A stretch of 64,000 nt of DNA from an uncultured Prevotella sp. (GTDB lineage: Bacteria; Bacteroidota; Bacteroidia; Bacteroidales; Bacteroidaceae): positions 5,768-69,767 of the forward strand of contig CAJOLE010000012.1 of assembly GCA_905235325.1 (NCBI GenBank), given 5' to 3'. Shown piece after piece: positions 9,580 through 20,139 of this stretch. Position 1 is the first letter of the stretch. Every line of letters starts with the position of its first letter. The position numbers and the translations under genes are program-made. A model generated the notes under the pieces. It ran no database searches and was not told the DNA's origin. It was given only the letters and a program-made list of their open reading frames with translations.

Positions 9580-12018
9580 TTACTTTCGCCCGCTTTGTAT
9601 AATCAATGTGCTGATCTCGTTGTTGAATCCGTCGGCTGCCAGAAGCTGCTCCAAGCTCAGGTGCATACGATACCGCCAGTAGTGGCGGGGATTGGCGGGG
9701 ATATTGATGCGCTCGGCATTCTGGTCGGGCAGTCGCAAGTGCTCGTCGATGGCGAACCAGTCCTGCAGCGACAACAGGCAGAGCATTGACGGCGACGTCA
9801 GGTGGCGCACGATGATGTCCTTAGCCAGCCAGCCGGGCAGCGGGTGAGGCGGCTCGCCGCCACGGTGCAGCATGGTGTTGTAGTAGTCTCGTGTCCGCTC
9901 GTAGTCCTCGTCCCACCACTGCCGTAGTGTGGCCATGTCGTGGGTGGAGATGGTGCAGACGGAGCGATAGGGATTCTGCGACAGATGGCCGAAGCGGTAG
10001 CGCGAGTCCTTCGGCATCGACTGGATTTCGAGCGAGAGGATGCCCAGCTCGTTCATCACCCAGGGCACGCAGTCGGGCACCATGCCGAGGTCCTCGGCGC
10101 AGACCAGCATCCTCGTGGCCTGCGTCAGGCGGGGCAGCTTCTTCATGGCCTCCTGATACCAGAACTGGTTGTTGCGGCGGTAGAAGTAGTCGTTGTACAG
10201 CCGGTTGAAGCAGAACTTCTGATCCTCTGACAGCTGCTTGTAGGCATCCTGGAACTGCACGGCGATACGTGGATGCCACCGGTCATTGCGCTTATGGTCG
10301 ACGAGGAACAGGCCGTCGCTGAACGTCACGCCATAGCCGCTCTCTATCTCCTCACGGCTCATGCCGAGGGCCGGGCTGAACTGTCCCATCAGCCCCGACT
10401 TCTCAGGCACGGGAATCTCCCAGATGCGGAAGAATCCCAGCACGTGGTCGATGCGGTAGGCATCGAAATACTGCGCCATCTTACGGAATCGGCGAACCCA
10501 CCAGAGGCAGCCGTCCTTGAGCATCTCGTCCCAGTTGTAGGTTGGGAATCCCCAGTTCTGCCCGTCGGTCGAGAAAGCATCGGGCGGAGCCCCGGCCTGG
10601 CCGTTCAGGTTAAAGTACTTAGGCTCAACCCATGCCTCGACGCCGTCGCGGCTGATGCCGATGGGAATATCACCTTTTAATATAATACAATGCTTGCGGG
10701 CGTAGTCGTGTGCAGAGCGCATCTGCCGGTCGAGGTTGAACTGCACGAAATACCAGAACTGCAGCACCTTCTTATCCTTGAACGTCGGCTTCTGCGTGTT
10801 GGCCACGGTAGCCTCTGCGGGCCACTGGCCAAACACCGCCGTCCCGTAGAGGTCGCGGTAGTAGCAGAAGGCGGCGTAAGGCATCAGCCACTCCTTGTTC
10901 TGCTCAAAGAAGGTCTTATAGTCGGCCGAGCGTACCACCCTGTTCCACTCCTGCTCGAAGACGACATGCAGGTAGTCAATCTTGGCCTTGAACATACGCT
11001 CATAGTCAATCTGGGGCAGGGCGTTCAGTTCCTGGCGCAGCGCCTCAAACTCAGCGCGCCTGGCCTCGTCCTTGATTTCCGGCAGTTGGCGCAGGTCGCA
11101 GTACTGCGGGTGCAGGGCGTAGATGCTGATGCTGTTATAGGGATAGCTGTCCTGCCACGTTCCGGTCATATTGGTATCATTGATGGGAAGGACCTGCACG
11201 ATTCGCTGGCGCGTCAGGTTGCACCAGTCAATCATCGTTTTCAGGTCGCCGAAGTCGCCGACGCCGAAGCTGCCCTCAGAACGGAGCGAGAAGACGGGGA
11301 CCACCGTGCCGGCGCCCTTCCAGGGATAGACGGGGAAGAAAGCCTGCGGCAGCTCATAGACTGTGACGTCGCCCTTTTCCATGGAAGGCACTGCCACGGT
11401 GCGGTTGATGCCATTCTCCCACACAGGCAGGTCGATGCCGAGTATGACAAACTTAAACTCGATGTTATCGGGCAGCTTGTCGGCATCGAGATTGACCACC
11501 CACTCATGGTTTTCGTGGTCAATCATAGGCAGTGCTTTGCTCACATCCCAGTTACCCAGATAATCGCAGCCTCCGACGAGGCCGAGCTGCTCGCCCACTC
11601 GGAGCTGCGAGGCGCGCACCTTCAGGCACAGCGTATGCTCGAAGTTGGTCACGACAACCTGTTCGCACTGGCAGTACATGATACACTCGGTAAATGCAGA
11701 ACTGTACATATAGGAGTCGTCGGGTATGTTTCGCCAGTGGTCGTAGAGCACATAGCGCTGGCTGCCGTCGGCCGAGAAGTCCACGCAGTGGGGAGCGACG
11801 AGCCATTCGCACCGAGCCTCCTCTTCACCGCGTACCAGAGTATAATAATATTCTATGGGCTGTTCCGGCTTTATGTTTTTTCTTAACTCGCAACTCCAGT
11901 GCAGTCCGTCGGTTGATGCCAGCTTGTGCTGCTCTGTCGTGCCGTTCTCATTGATAATGTTCAGCATCAGCTCCTCGCCGAAGTTAGTCTGATACTCAAG
12001 GTTAAATCGTATATTCAT
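9580..12018 (-). CDS. malQ: 4-alpha-glucanotransferase (GH77, DPE2-type with CBM20-like N-domains)
   Basis: VPVFSLRS, GDFGDL, GQNWGFP, YRIDHVLGFFR, CAEDLG and STHD motifs. Confidence 0.93.
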   Translation of the reverse strand: MNIRFNLEYQTNFGEELMLNIINENGTTEQHKLASTDGLHWSCELRKNIKPEQPIEYYYTLVRGEEEARCEWLVAPHCVDFSADGSQRYVLYDHWRNIPDDSYMYSSAFTECIMYCQCEQVVVTNFEHTLCLKVRASQLRVGEQLGLVGGCDYLGNWDVSKALPMIDHENHEWVVNLDADKLPDNIEFKFVILGIDLPVWENGINRTVAVPSMEKGDVTVYELPQAFFPVYPWKGAGTVVPVFSLRSEGSFGVGDFGDLKTMIDWCNLTRQRIVQVLPINDTNMTGTWQDSYPYNSISIYALHPQYCDLRQLPEIKDEARRAEFEALRQELNALPQIDYERMFKAKIDYLHVVFEQEWNRVVRSADYKTFFEQNKEWLMPYAAFCYYRDLYGTAVFGQWPAEATVANTQKPTFKDKKVLQFWYFVQFNLDRQMRSAHDYARKHCIILKGDIPIGISRDGVEAWVEPKYFNLNGQAGAPPDAFSTDGQNWGFPTYNWDEMLKDGCLWWVRRFRKMAQYFDAYRIDHVLGFFRIWEIPVPEKSGLMGQFSPALGMSREEIESGYGVTFSDGLFLVDHKRNDRWHPRIAVQFQDAYKQLSEDQKFCFNRLYNDYFYRRNNQFWYQEAMKKLPRLTQATRMLVCAEDLGMVPDCVPWVMNELGILSLEIQSMPKDSRYRFGHLSQNPYRSVCTISTHDMATLRQWWDEDYERTRDYYNTMLHRGGEPPHPLPGWLAKDIIVRHLTSPSMLCLLSLQDWFAIDEHLRLPDQNAERINIPANPRHYWRYRMHLSLEQLLAADGFNNEISTLIIQSGRK

Positions 12019-12071
12019 AGTTTTCTGTTTTGTTGAACTTTAGTCGTTTGGGGAATTGGTCGTTTAGTGGT

Positions 12072-13391
12072 TTAGGCTTTTGTTGCGTGACGACTGCCGT
12101 TACTGATGAAGAAGACGCAGGCGGAGGCTATCAGGAAGCTCACGCCGGCGACGATCATCATCGACGACTGGTGGTGGCCGACGAGCGAGAGGATGGTTCC
12201 GCCGCAGACGGCAGCAACAATCTGGGGCACGCAGATGGTACCGTTGAACAGTCCGAGATAGGCCCCCATGTGGCCGTAGCCCTGCAGGGCGTTGGTGACG
12301 ATGGTGAAGGGCATGGCGAGCATGGCGGCCCAGCCACATCCTATGAGCAGGAAGGGGATGACCTGCAGATACTTGTCAGGACAGAAGGGAATAAGTATGA
12401 AGCCCACTGCGCCGAGCACGAGACTGACGCTATAGGCCATCTTCACATTCTTGAAGCGCGGCAACAGCGTAGCCCAGACGACACTGCCCATAGCCTGGAT
12501 GGCATAGAGCACGCCCGTCCAGTTGGCAGCCTCCTGATAGTCGCTGGTGGCCGGGTCGGTGGTTCCCCAGACGGTCTCCGAGATGGCATCGACGACGTAA
12601 GTCCACATATAGAGCATGGCCGCCCAGCAGAAGAACTGCACCAGTCCGACCTTCCAGAACGTGGAGGGGGCTTTCTTCAGCAGGGTTATCCAGTTGGCCG
12701 ACTCCTCCTTCTCGTCGGCGACGGGGTTGTATTCACGGTACTCCTGGGGCGGCCATTCCTTCACCTTCGATGTGGTATAGATGACACAGAGGATGAGGAT
12801 GGCAGCGCCGATATAGAACGACCAGATGACCGTGTCGGGGACGACGCCTTCGGCAGCGACGTTGCTCAGGCCGATGGCAGCGAAGAAGAAGGGGAAGATG
12901 AATCCCACGACGCTCCCCGCATTGCAGAGGAACGACTGGATGCTGTACGCCTTGGCCTTCTGCTTCTCGTTGACCATGTCGCCGACGAGCATCTTGAACG
13001 GCTGCATGGCCATGTTGATGCTCGTGTCGAGCAGCATCAGCGCTATCAGTCCGAAGATGAGCGCCGCCCCCACCGACATACCGAACGAGCCGGCATTGGG
13101 CAGCAGGCACATCACGGCCACGGCCACGGCCGCACCCACAAACAGATAGGGAATGCGTCGGCCGAAGCGCGTCCACGTCTTGTCGCTCAGCGTGCCCACG
13201 ATGGGCTGCACCAGGATGCCCATCAGCGGGGGCAGTATCCAGAAGAACGACAGCGAATGCGGGTCGGCGCCGAGCGTGCGGAATATCCGCGAAATGTTAC
13301 CACTCTGGAGTGCGTAGGCTATCTGCACTCCGAAGAATCCGAAACTCAGGTTCCAGAGTTTCCAAAATGACAAGTCTGGTTTTTGTTTCAT
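12072..13391 (-). CDS. MFS (SLC45/sucrose-maltose symporter-like) transporter
   Basis: LSFGFFGVQIAYALQ and SDKTWTRFGRRIPY motifs; ~12 hydrophobic segments; starch-cluster context. Confidence 0.9.
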   Translation of the reverse strand: MKQKPDLSFWKLWNLSFGFFGVQIAYALQSGNISRIFRTLGADPHSLSFFWILPPLMGILVQPIVGTLSDKTWTRFGRRIPYLFVGAAVAVAVMCLLPNAGSFGMSVGAALIFGLIALMLLDTSINMAMQPFKMLVGDMVNEKQKAKAYSIQSFLCNAGSVVGFIFPFFFAAIGLSNVAAEGVVPDTVIWSFYIGAAILILCVIYTTSKVKEWPPQEYREYNPVADEKEESANWITLLKKAPSTFWKVGLVQFFCWAAMLYMWTYVVDAISETVWGTTDPATSDYQEAANWTGVLYAIQAMGSVVWATLLPRFKNVKMAYSVSLVLGAVGFILIPFCPDKYLQVIPFLLIGCGWAAMLAMPFTIVTNALQGYGHMGAYLGLFNGTICVPQIVAAVCGGTILSLVGHHQSSMMIVAGVSFLIASACVFFISNGSRHATKA

Positions 13392-13396
13392 AATAT

Positions 13397-14422
13397 TTAT
13401 CTTGTTGTTCCTCTAATAATCAGACGGGTCCTCACGATGCGCTTCTCTACCTTACCGATGGGCGAGCGGCCCTCAACCTTGTCGATGAGAATCTCGGCGG
13501 CCTCCTCACCCACCCGCCTGCCGCGCTGCTCGACCGTGGTCAGCATCGGGTCGCAGGCCACGGCACGCTGACCGTTGGTGAAGCCGCAGATGCTGATATC
13601 CTCGGGCACCCGCAGCCCCATGCGCTTGACCGTGTAGAGAATGCCGATGGCCGTGTCGTCGTTGACGGCGAAGAACGCATCGGGATAGCGGTCGCCGTCG
13701 AACATCTCAGGCGTTATCAGCTCTGCATCACGCCGGTTGTCGCAGATGCGCGTCAGCTGCTCGTCGAAGGGCAGCCCCTGCTTCAGCAGGGCGTCCTTGT
13801 AGCCGTTGAAGCGGTTCTTCGATATTTCCAGCTGCATCGGCGACCCGAAGAAGGCGATGCGCCGGCAGCCCGTCTCAAAAAGATAGGTGACGGCATTGAA
13901 CGCCCCCATATAGTCGTCGACCACCACGCGGCTGGCATTCACGCCGGTGCAGATGCGGTCGTAGAAGACGATGGGAATCTGCGCGTCGAGCAGCTTCAGG
14001 AAGTGGTCGTACCGCCGCGTGTCCTTGGCCTGCGAGACGATGACGCCGCACACCTTCTGGCTGAGGAACATCTCGCAGATGCGCACCTCGCGCTCGTACT
14101 GCTCGTCCGACAGGGCCACCATGACGTAATAGCCGTGAGCCATCGCCACCTCCTCGATGCCCGTCAGGATGCTCGAGAAGTAGTAGTGCGTAAACTCCGG
14201 CACGACGACGCCGATGACCCTCGACTGCGCCACCCGGCTGTGGCGCAGGGCCTCGCCGGCGACGTTGGGCGAGAAGTTGTGCTCGCGCGCAAACTGCTGG
14301 ATCTCACGCCGCCGCTTCTCGCTGATGCGAGGCGAGTCCTTCAGCGCACGCGACACCGTGGCAACGGAGATTCCAAGCTCCATTGCTATGTCCTTCATCG
14401 TCATTGGTGCGTTCCCTTTCAT
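13397..14422 (-). CDS. LacI-family transcriptional regulator
   Basis: TMKDIAMELGISVATVSRAL HTH; periplasmic-binding fold with NDDTAIG and VPEDISICGF. Confidence 0.95.
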   Translation of the reverse strand: MKGNAPMTMKDIAMELGISVATVSRALKDSPRISEKRRREIQQFAREHNFSPNVAGEALRHSRVAQSRVIGVVVPEFTHYYFSSILTGIEEVAMAHGYYVMVALSDEQYEREVRICEMFLSQKVCGVIVSQAKDTRRYDHFLKLLDAQIPIVFYDRICTGVNASRVVVDDYMGAFNAVTYLFETGCRRIAFFGSPMQLEISKNRFNGYKDALLKQGLPFDEQLTRICDNRRDAELITPEMFDGDRYPDAFFAVNDDTAIGILYTVKRMGLRVPEDISICGFTNGQRAVACDPMLTTVEQRGRRVGEEAAEILIDKVEGRSPIGKVEKRIVRTRLIIRGTTR

Positions 14423-14507
14423 GTAGGTTTTTAGTTTTCAGTGCAAAGATAGGCAATTTTCAGCATTCGCCCGTTTCATATAATTAAAGAATGCGCGCGA
14501 AGCAGTG

Positions 14508-14521
14508 TGCAAACGTTTGCA
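14508..14521. promoter_or_regulatory. LacI-type operator O1
   Basis: Perfect palindrome TGCAAACGTTTGCA with central CG, upstream of the LacI gene and its -7 element (14444-14451). Confidence 0.75.
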
Positions 14522-14650
14522 TTACAACAGCCGCAGGTGAGCACCCGCGTACCGATATCGGCTGCAAAGATAAGCAATCATTTCGAATTATCAAAGAAAA
14601 AATTATCAAAACAGAACATTCTTTACGTTGTACCAAACTAACAGGCAGGC

Positions 14651-14959
14651 AAAACCCGCCGCCTTTTGAGCAAAACCCGCCGCCTTTTGCCAAAAACGCG
14701 GCACTTTCTGAAAAACCCACCCTTTGGAATAATTCCCGTCTGCCAGCTTCCAAGGTGTAGGGTCAGGTGTCGGTTCCAGCCCCGACACAGGTCAGAAACC
14801 CCGTTTACCGGCCTGCCTCCATCCGTCATGTTCCTATATATATAGTTGTCATTCCCACTTTTTATCCTACACTTCCTACACTTCCTACACCTAATTTTTT
14901 CGGGCAGGTGTAGGAAGTGTAGGAAGTGTAGGATAATTCCAATTATCAGCAACTATATG
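14651..14959 (+). repeat. Composite intergenic module, copy 2
   Basis: 21-bp units at 14651/14672/14693; aggtgtagggtc-aggtgtcggttc at 14753-14776; tatatagttg at 14839; perfect 31-bp IR 14862-14892/14906-14936; caactatat at 14950. Confidence 0.9.
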
Positions 14960-14972
14960 TCTCACGCCTCCC

Positions 14973-14986
14973 TGCAAACGATTGCA
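14973..14986. promoter_or_regulatory. LacI-type operator O2
   Basis: TGCAAACGATTGCA (1 mismatch to O1), upstream of the amylase -7 element TAATTTTG at 15042-15049. Confidence 0.7.
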
Positions 14987-15091
14987 TAGCGCACATCATA
15001 TTATTAGCAGCACACAGGGGAGAAACGTAAATCTTTTTCCGTAATTTTGCACCAGAGATTGCAATAATCAAAAAAACTTAAACGGTAGCGT

Positions 15092-17156
15092 ATGAGAAGG
15101 ATTTACTCCACAATGGTTTGCTGCCTCGTGGCCGTGGCTGCGATGGCACAGGGATGGCCCGGCGACTATGGCGGCGTCATGCTGCAGGGCTTCTTCTGGG
15201 ACAGTTTCAACGACTCGCAGTGGGCGCGGCTGGAGAAGCAGGCCGACGACCTGGCCGGCACATTCGACCTGGTCTGGGTGCCGCAGAGCGGCAACTGCGG
15301 CGGCACGTCGATGGGCTACGACGACCTCTGGTGGTTCAACGACTACAACAGCTCGTTTGGCAGCGAGGCGCAGCTGCGCTCGATGATCAGGACGTTCCGC
15401 GAGAAGGGCATCGGCACCATTGCCGACGTGGTGATCAACCACCGCCGCAACATCAGCAACTGGGTGGACTTCCCCCGTGAGACCTATCAGGGCGAGACCT
15501 ACGAGATGACTTCCACCGACATCTGCTCCGACGACGACGACGGCGCTACCAAGCGGTGGGCCGACAGCAACGGCTACAGCCTGAGCAGCAGCAAGGACAC
15601 CGGCGAGGGATGGGGCGGTATGCGCGACCTCGACCACACGAGCCCGAACGTGCAGCGCATCGTCAAGGCTTACCTGAAGTTCCTGCTTGGCGATCTCGGC
15701 TACACGGGATTCCGCTACGACATGGTGAAGGGCTACAGGGGCGAATACACCAAGATGTACAACGAGGACAGCCGGCCGCTGTTCTCCGTCGGCGAGTGCT
15801 GGGACGGCACTGCCACCATCCGCAACTGGATCGACGCCACGGGCAAGACCAGCGCCGCCTTCGACTTCCAGTTCCGCTACACCGTGCGCAATGCCATCAA
15901 CCGCGGCGACTGGAGCTATCTGGCCAGGCAGAACGACGGCAACTGGCCGCTCGTCAGCCGGAACTACGAGCAGGCGGCCTACGCGCAGTATGCCGTGACC
16001 TTCGTCGAGAACCACGACACGGAGAAGCGCGCCAATGCCGACCAGGACCCCATCAGGCGCGACACGCTCGCCGCCAATGCCTACCTGCTGGCCATGCCGG
16101 GCACGCCCTGCGTCTTCCTCACCCACTGGAAGGCTTACAGGCCGGAAATCAGGGCGATGATTGCCGTGCGCAAGATGGCCGGCATCACCAACACCAGCAG
16201 CTACGTCAACTTGCACAGCACCAAGGACTGCTACGCCAACACCATTCAGACGGGCGGCACGGACCGCCTGCTCGTGATTGTCGGCCCCGACACCGACGGC
16301 TACTCGCCCTACGCCGCCAGGTGGCAGGAGGTGCTCTCGGGCTATAAGTACAAGTATTTCCTGCCACGGTCGATGGAGACCGCCTTCGCCGACAAGGCTT
16401 CGGGTGAATACGACAGCCCGTTCAAGGTAAAACTGACGGCCGTCTCTGCCGACGACAATGCCCGGCTGGTTTATACGCTCGACGGCTCGCAGCCGACGGC
16501 GACCAGCACACAGGCGGCCAACGGCGCCACCATCGACATCACGGAAGCCTGTACCCTCAAGGTGGGCCTCCTCCTGACAGACGGCTCGGTGAAGGGCGTG
16601 CTTACCCGCAGCTACACGTTCAGCCAGTCTGAGAAGCAGGCCATTACCATCTACGTCAATACCGACAAGGTGGGCTGGAACGCCGTGAACTTCTGGAGCT
16701 GGGGCGGCGACGGCAGCCACGCCCCCGCGAACAACAGCTGGCCGGGCGACAAGGTGACAGAGACCCGTCGACGGCAAGGCGTGGTACGCCAAGACGTTTA
16801 CCATCAACAGTGCCGACGATGCCGTCAGCCTGGTGTTCAGCACCGGCTCAGGCAGTCCGCAGACGGTCGACGTCACGAACGTCTCCACGACCTCGTTCTT
16901 CGAGATTTTGCCCGACAAGGACGGCAGCAAGAACAAGGTCAACTCTGTGACGGAAACGATAACGGGAATGGGAGCGATAACGGGAACGACAACGGGAACG
17001 GGAACGGTCTATACCCTCGACGGACGGAGGCTGCGGACAGTGGACGGAGACGGCAAATTCTCTGGTCGTTTGGGGGATTGGTCGTTTAGTGGTTTAGGCT
17101 TCATTCTAGGCAAGGGCGTCTATATCGTCAACGGGAGGAAAATCGTATTGAAGTAA
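15092..17156 (+). CDS. Secreted GH13 alpha-amylase with Fn3-associated and starch-binding-like modules and a T9SS-type tail; frameshift near 16765
   Basis: VMLQGFFWDS, ADVVINH, GFRYDMVKG, VGECW, FVENHDT; YTLDGSQPT module; a second frame continues VDGKAWYAKTF...VYTLDGRR...KGVYIVNGRKIVLK. Confidence 0.88.
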
Positions 17157-17252
17157 CCATTCTTCTCTGGTCGTTTGGGGGATTGGTCGTTTAGTGGTTT
17201 AGGCTTTTTTGGATTCTTCTCTGGTCGTTTGGGGGATTGGTCGTTTAGTGGT

Positions 17253-18044
17253 TTAGGTTTTCAGGACGGAGCGCACGGCAAACCAGCAGTGCAGCAGCAG
17301 GGTCTGAACGACGCCATAGTGGCGCTGCATCACGAGGTATCGCTCACGCAGCGATGCCTTGTGGTTTTTGGTGGTCGCTCCCTCTTCCAGATAGTTGGCC
17401 ACGACTATACCTATATTATATAAGGGCAGCGACATACGCTCGGCCTCGCGCATCACGCGGATACACCAGTCGACGTCGGCCGAGAAGCGGTAACGAGTGT
17501 CGAACTGCAGGTTCTTGGCAATATCGGTGCGGGCATAGAAGGCCTGATGGCAGACCAGCATACCCTGACGGAACGAGCGCCACGTCAGCCGCTCGGGCGG
17601 CTGCAGGCGGCGCGGGCGCAGGAAGCGGCCCTCGCCGTCGACGATATCGGTATTGCCGTAGAGCACGCCGGGCAGCTCGGCAGTGGGCAGCTCACCCAGC
17701 CGGCACCGGCGCACCACCTGCTCCAGCGTGTCGTCGTGCGCAAAGGTGTCGCCCGCGTTCATGTAGACGATGTAGTCGCCCGAAGCCTGCGTCAGCCCCT
17801 TGTTCATGGCGTCGTAGATGCCCCGGTCAGGCTCCGACTGAATGATGACGTGATGCTGGTTGCCCTCCGAGCTGTCCGACTGCCGCTTGTATGCCTCGGC
17901 CATAGCCAGCGTGCCGTCGGTCGAAGCACCGTCGATAATCAGGTGCTCCACCTCGGCGTATGTCTGGCGGTGTACGCTGTCGAGCGTCCGCTGCAGCACG
18001 GCCTCGGCGTTGTAGGTAATGGTGACGACGCTGAAACGTATCAT
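17253..18044 (-). CDS. GT2 glycosyltransferase
   Basis: FSVVTITYNA, IIDGASTDGT, EPDRGIYDAMNKG, MNAGD. Confidence 0.92.
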   Translation of the reverse strand: MIRFSVVTITYNAEAVLQRTLDSVHRQTYAEVEHLIIDGASTDGTLAMAEAYKRQSDSSEGNQHHVIIQSEPDRGIYDAMNKGLTQASGDYIVYMNAGDTFAHDDTLEQVVRRCRLGELPTAELPGVLYGNTDIVDGEGRFLRPRRLQPPERLTWRSFRQGMLVCHQAFYARTDIAKNLQFDTRYRFSADVDWCIRVMREAERMSLPLYNIGIVVANYLEEGATTKNHKASLRERYLVMQRHYGVVQTLLLHCWFAVRSVLKT

Positions 18045-19354
18045 AGCTTGTAGCCTTTCCGGGCTATCGCCTCGTTGTAGACCTCAGTGTACTTCAGGGC
18101 CACCGCCTGCTGCGAATAGCTGCGGTTGACCTTCGACACAGCCGCCTTCGACAATGCCTCATAGTCGGCTTCCTGTAATATCCACTGAATGCCGCGTGCC
18201 AAGTCCTCCGCATCACGGTAGGCAGCAACATAGCCGTTCTTCTGGTGGTCAATCTCCTCCGGGATGCCTCCTACCTTAAACCCGACACAAGGCACCCCGC
18301 AGGCCATGGCCTCCATAATAGTGTTGGGCAGGTTGTCCTCCAACGACGGAGTGACAAAAACATCGACCGAGCGGTAAATGTCAACAATCCGACGTTCATC
18401 GCTGACATAGCCTAATGAATAAACTGCTAACGGCAGACGGTCGGCGATTTCGTCGGAGTGACCTCCCAAGACCGCAATACCAACCTGCTGCTTAACGTCG
18501 GGATAACGGTCGGCCATCAGGCGGACGGCCGCTATCAGGAAATCCATGCCCTTGCGCTGGTCTGTGACACGCTGCGAGACGAAAAGAATAAGTCGGCGGT
18601 CGGTCGGCAGCCCCACCCTCTCGCGGGCTTGCCGACGGTCGGCAGGGCAGTAAACGCGGGTGTCGATGGCATTGGGAATGCTGACAACCTTCTGACCTCG
18701 CAGCAACGCACTGAGACGTGCCTCTCCACATAGCCACTTACTACAAGCCACGTAACTGACACTCTGACCATCGAGCAACTGCCACTTGCGACGCCAGACG
18801 CGACTGGACAAATCTTTCTTCTCTGGTCGTTTGGGGGATTGGTCGTTTAGTGGTTTAGGCTTTTTTCCATTGCGCAACAGAGGACAGCTACCACAAGCGG
18901 TTCGGTAATGACGGCAGTCACGGGCATAGTGACAGATGGCCGTGGCTGGCCAGAGATCGTGCATCGTCCACACCACTGGCTTCCCCGAACGCAGAATCTT
19001 GCGGATGCCGCCAAGCGAGAGCATACCCTGATTCACCCAGTGCAAATGAACGACATCGGCTTCCCGAAACTCGGGCAACTTCGTGATGTCCGTTCCTGCA
19101 TTGGCAATATCTATTTCAAACAAATGCCTACGACGGAAATGCAGATGAAGCCAGATGACAAACCGCTCCCACAAGAAGCACCACTGCTGATGCCACTTAT
19201 CGCGCAACCCGACAACCGTCAGACTGTCCGTCTGCTTGTCGCGAACCAACATCTTGGCCTTTACGCCATAGTTGTTCAAGGCTTCCATCAGACGGTGCGC
19301 AGCCACAGCAGCCCCTCCCGTCCGCTCGCTCGTATTGACAATCAAGACTCTCAT
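18041..19354 (-). CDS. GT4 glycosyltransferase (WcaC-like)
   Basis: GGAAVAA, VHLHW, VWTMHDLW, EDNLPNTIMEAMACGVP. Confidence 0.92.
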   Translation of the reverse strand: MRVLIVNTSERTGGAAVAAHRLMEALNNYGVKAKMLVRDKQTDSLTVVGLRDKWHQQWCFLWERFVIWLHLHFRRRHLFEIDIANAGTDITKLPEFREADVVHLHWVNQGMLSLGGIRKILRSGKPVVWTMHDLWPATAICHYARDCRHYRTACGSCPLLRNGKKPKPLNDQSPKRPEKKDLSSRVWRRKWQLLDGQSVSYVACSKWLCGEARLSALLRGQKVVSIPNAIDTRVYCPADRRQARERVGLPTDRRLILFVSQRVTDQRKGMDFLIAAVRLMADRYPDVKQQVGIAVLGGHSDEIADRLPLAVYSLGYVSDERRIVDIYRSVDVFVTPSLEDNLPNTIMEAMACGVPCVGFKVGGIPEEIDHQKNGYVAAYRDAEDLARGIQWILQEADYEALSKAAVSKVNRSYSQQAVALKYTEVYNEAIARKGYKL

Positions 19355-19412
19355 GGAATTTGGTCGTTTGGGGGATTGGTCGTTTAGTGGTTTAGGTTTT
19401 TCACTTAGCCTC

Positions 19413-19961
19413 CTACTCAGCTTCCTTGGCGCGCTTCTTTTCTTCCTTCTCGCGGCGCTTCTGCTCCTTGGCGGCCTCCTTCTCGCGGCGCTTCTGTTCC
19501 TTGGCCAGCTCCTTTTCGCGCTTCTTCTGCTCTTTCTGAAGTTTCTTCAGTTCGCGGGCGTTCTCTTTGGCGGCTTCTTTCTCTGAAGCGGCCTCCTCCT
19601 TGGCCTTCACCGACTCCTCCAGCTTCTCGCGGAGCATCTCCTTGTCGAAGGTGAAGACGTGGCCGAACATACCCACCGACAGCAACTGGTCCTCACCCTT
19701 CAGGCGGACCGACGTCGTGTTCAGCAGAACATAATCATGTACGTTTAACTTGGAGTTCAAAGCCAGCTCGATAGTCTTCACGGCCACGTTCTTGCCGAGC
19801 TTCGACAGCACGTTGTCGCCCAGCTTGTCCTGGGCTTCCTCGGTCACGTATTCATCAATAGCCTTCATCATGGCCTCCTTGTGGGCCTTTTTGTCGGGCA
19901 CGGTCAAAGCCATCAGCACTGCCACGAGCAGCAAGATGACGACAGCAAGCAGTTTCTTCAT
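19413..19961 (-). CDS. Membrane-anchored protein (DUF4359-like) with a charged coiled-coil tail
   Basis: N-terminal hydrophobic segment followed by TVPDKKAH; GMFGHVF; E/K/R-rich C-terminus; -7 element at 20046-20053. Confidence 0.7.
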   Translation of the reverse strand: MKKLLAVVILLLVAVLMALTVPDKKAHKEAMMKAIDEYVTEEAQDKLGDNVLSKLGKNVAVKTIELALNSKLNVHDYVLLNTTSVRLKGEDQLLSVGMFGHVFTFDKEMLREKLEESVKAKEEAASEKEAAKENARELKKLQKEQKKREKELAKEQKRREKEAAKEQKRREKEEKKRAKEAE

Positions 19962-20139
19962 AACAAATATAATTTACTAATAATCTAATAACGGCAACGG
20001 ATTAAACGGATTCAGCCGAAACAATAACAGTTCATCTTTCGGCTACAAAGTTACAAAAGATTATCGAGACGAGCGAGAAAATTCACAAAGAAAACAACTT
20101 TTGTGGCCTTTTTTCTTGGCGGTACGGTTTTTTTATGCT

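Noticed and set aside
19420-19620. Repetitive DNA at the 3' end of the DUF4359-like gene
   Set aside because: Explained by the low-complexity KEQKRREKE coiled coil.
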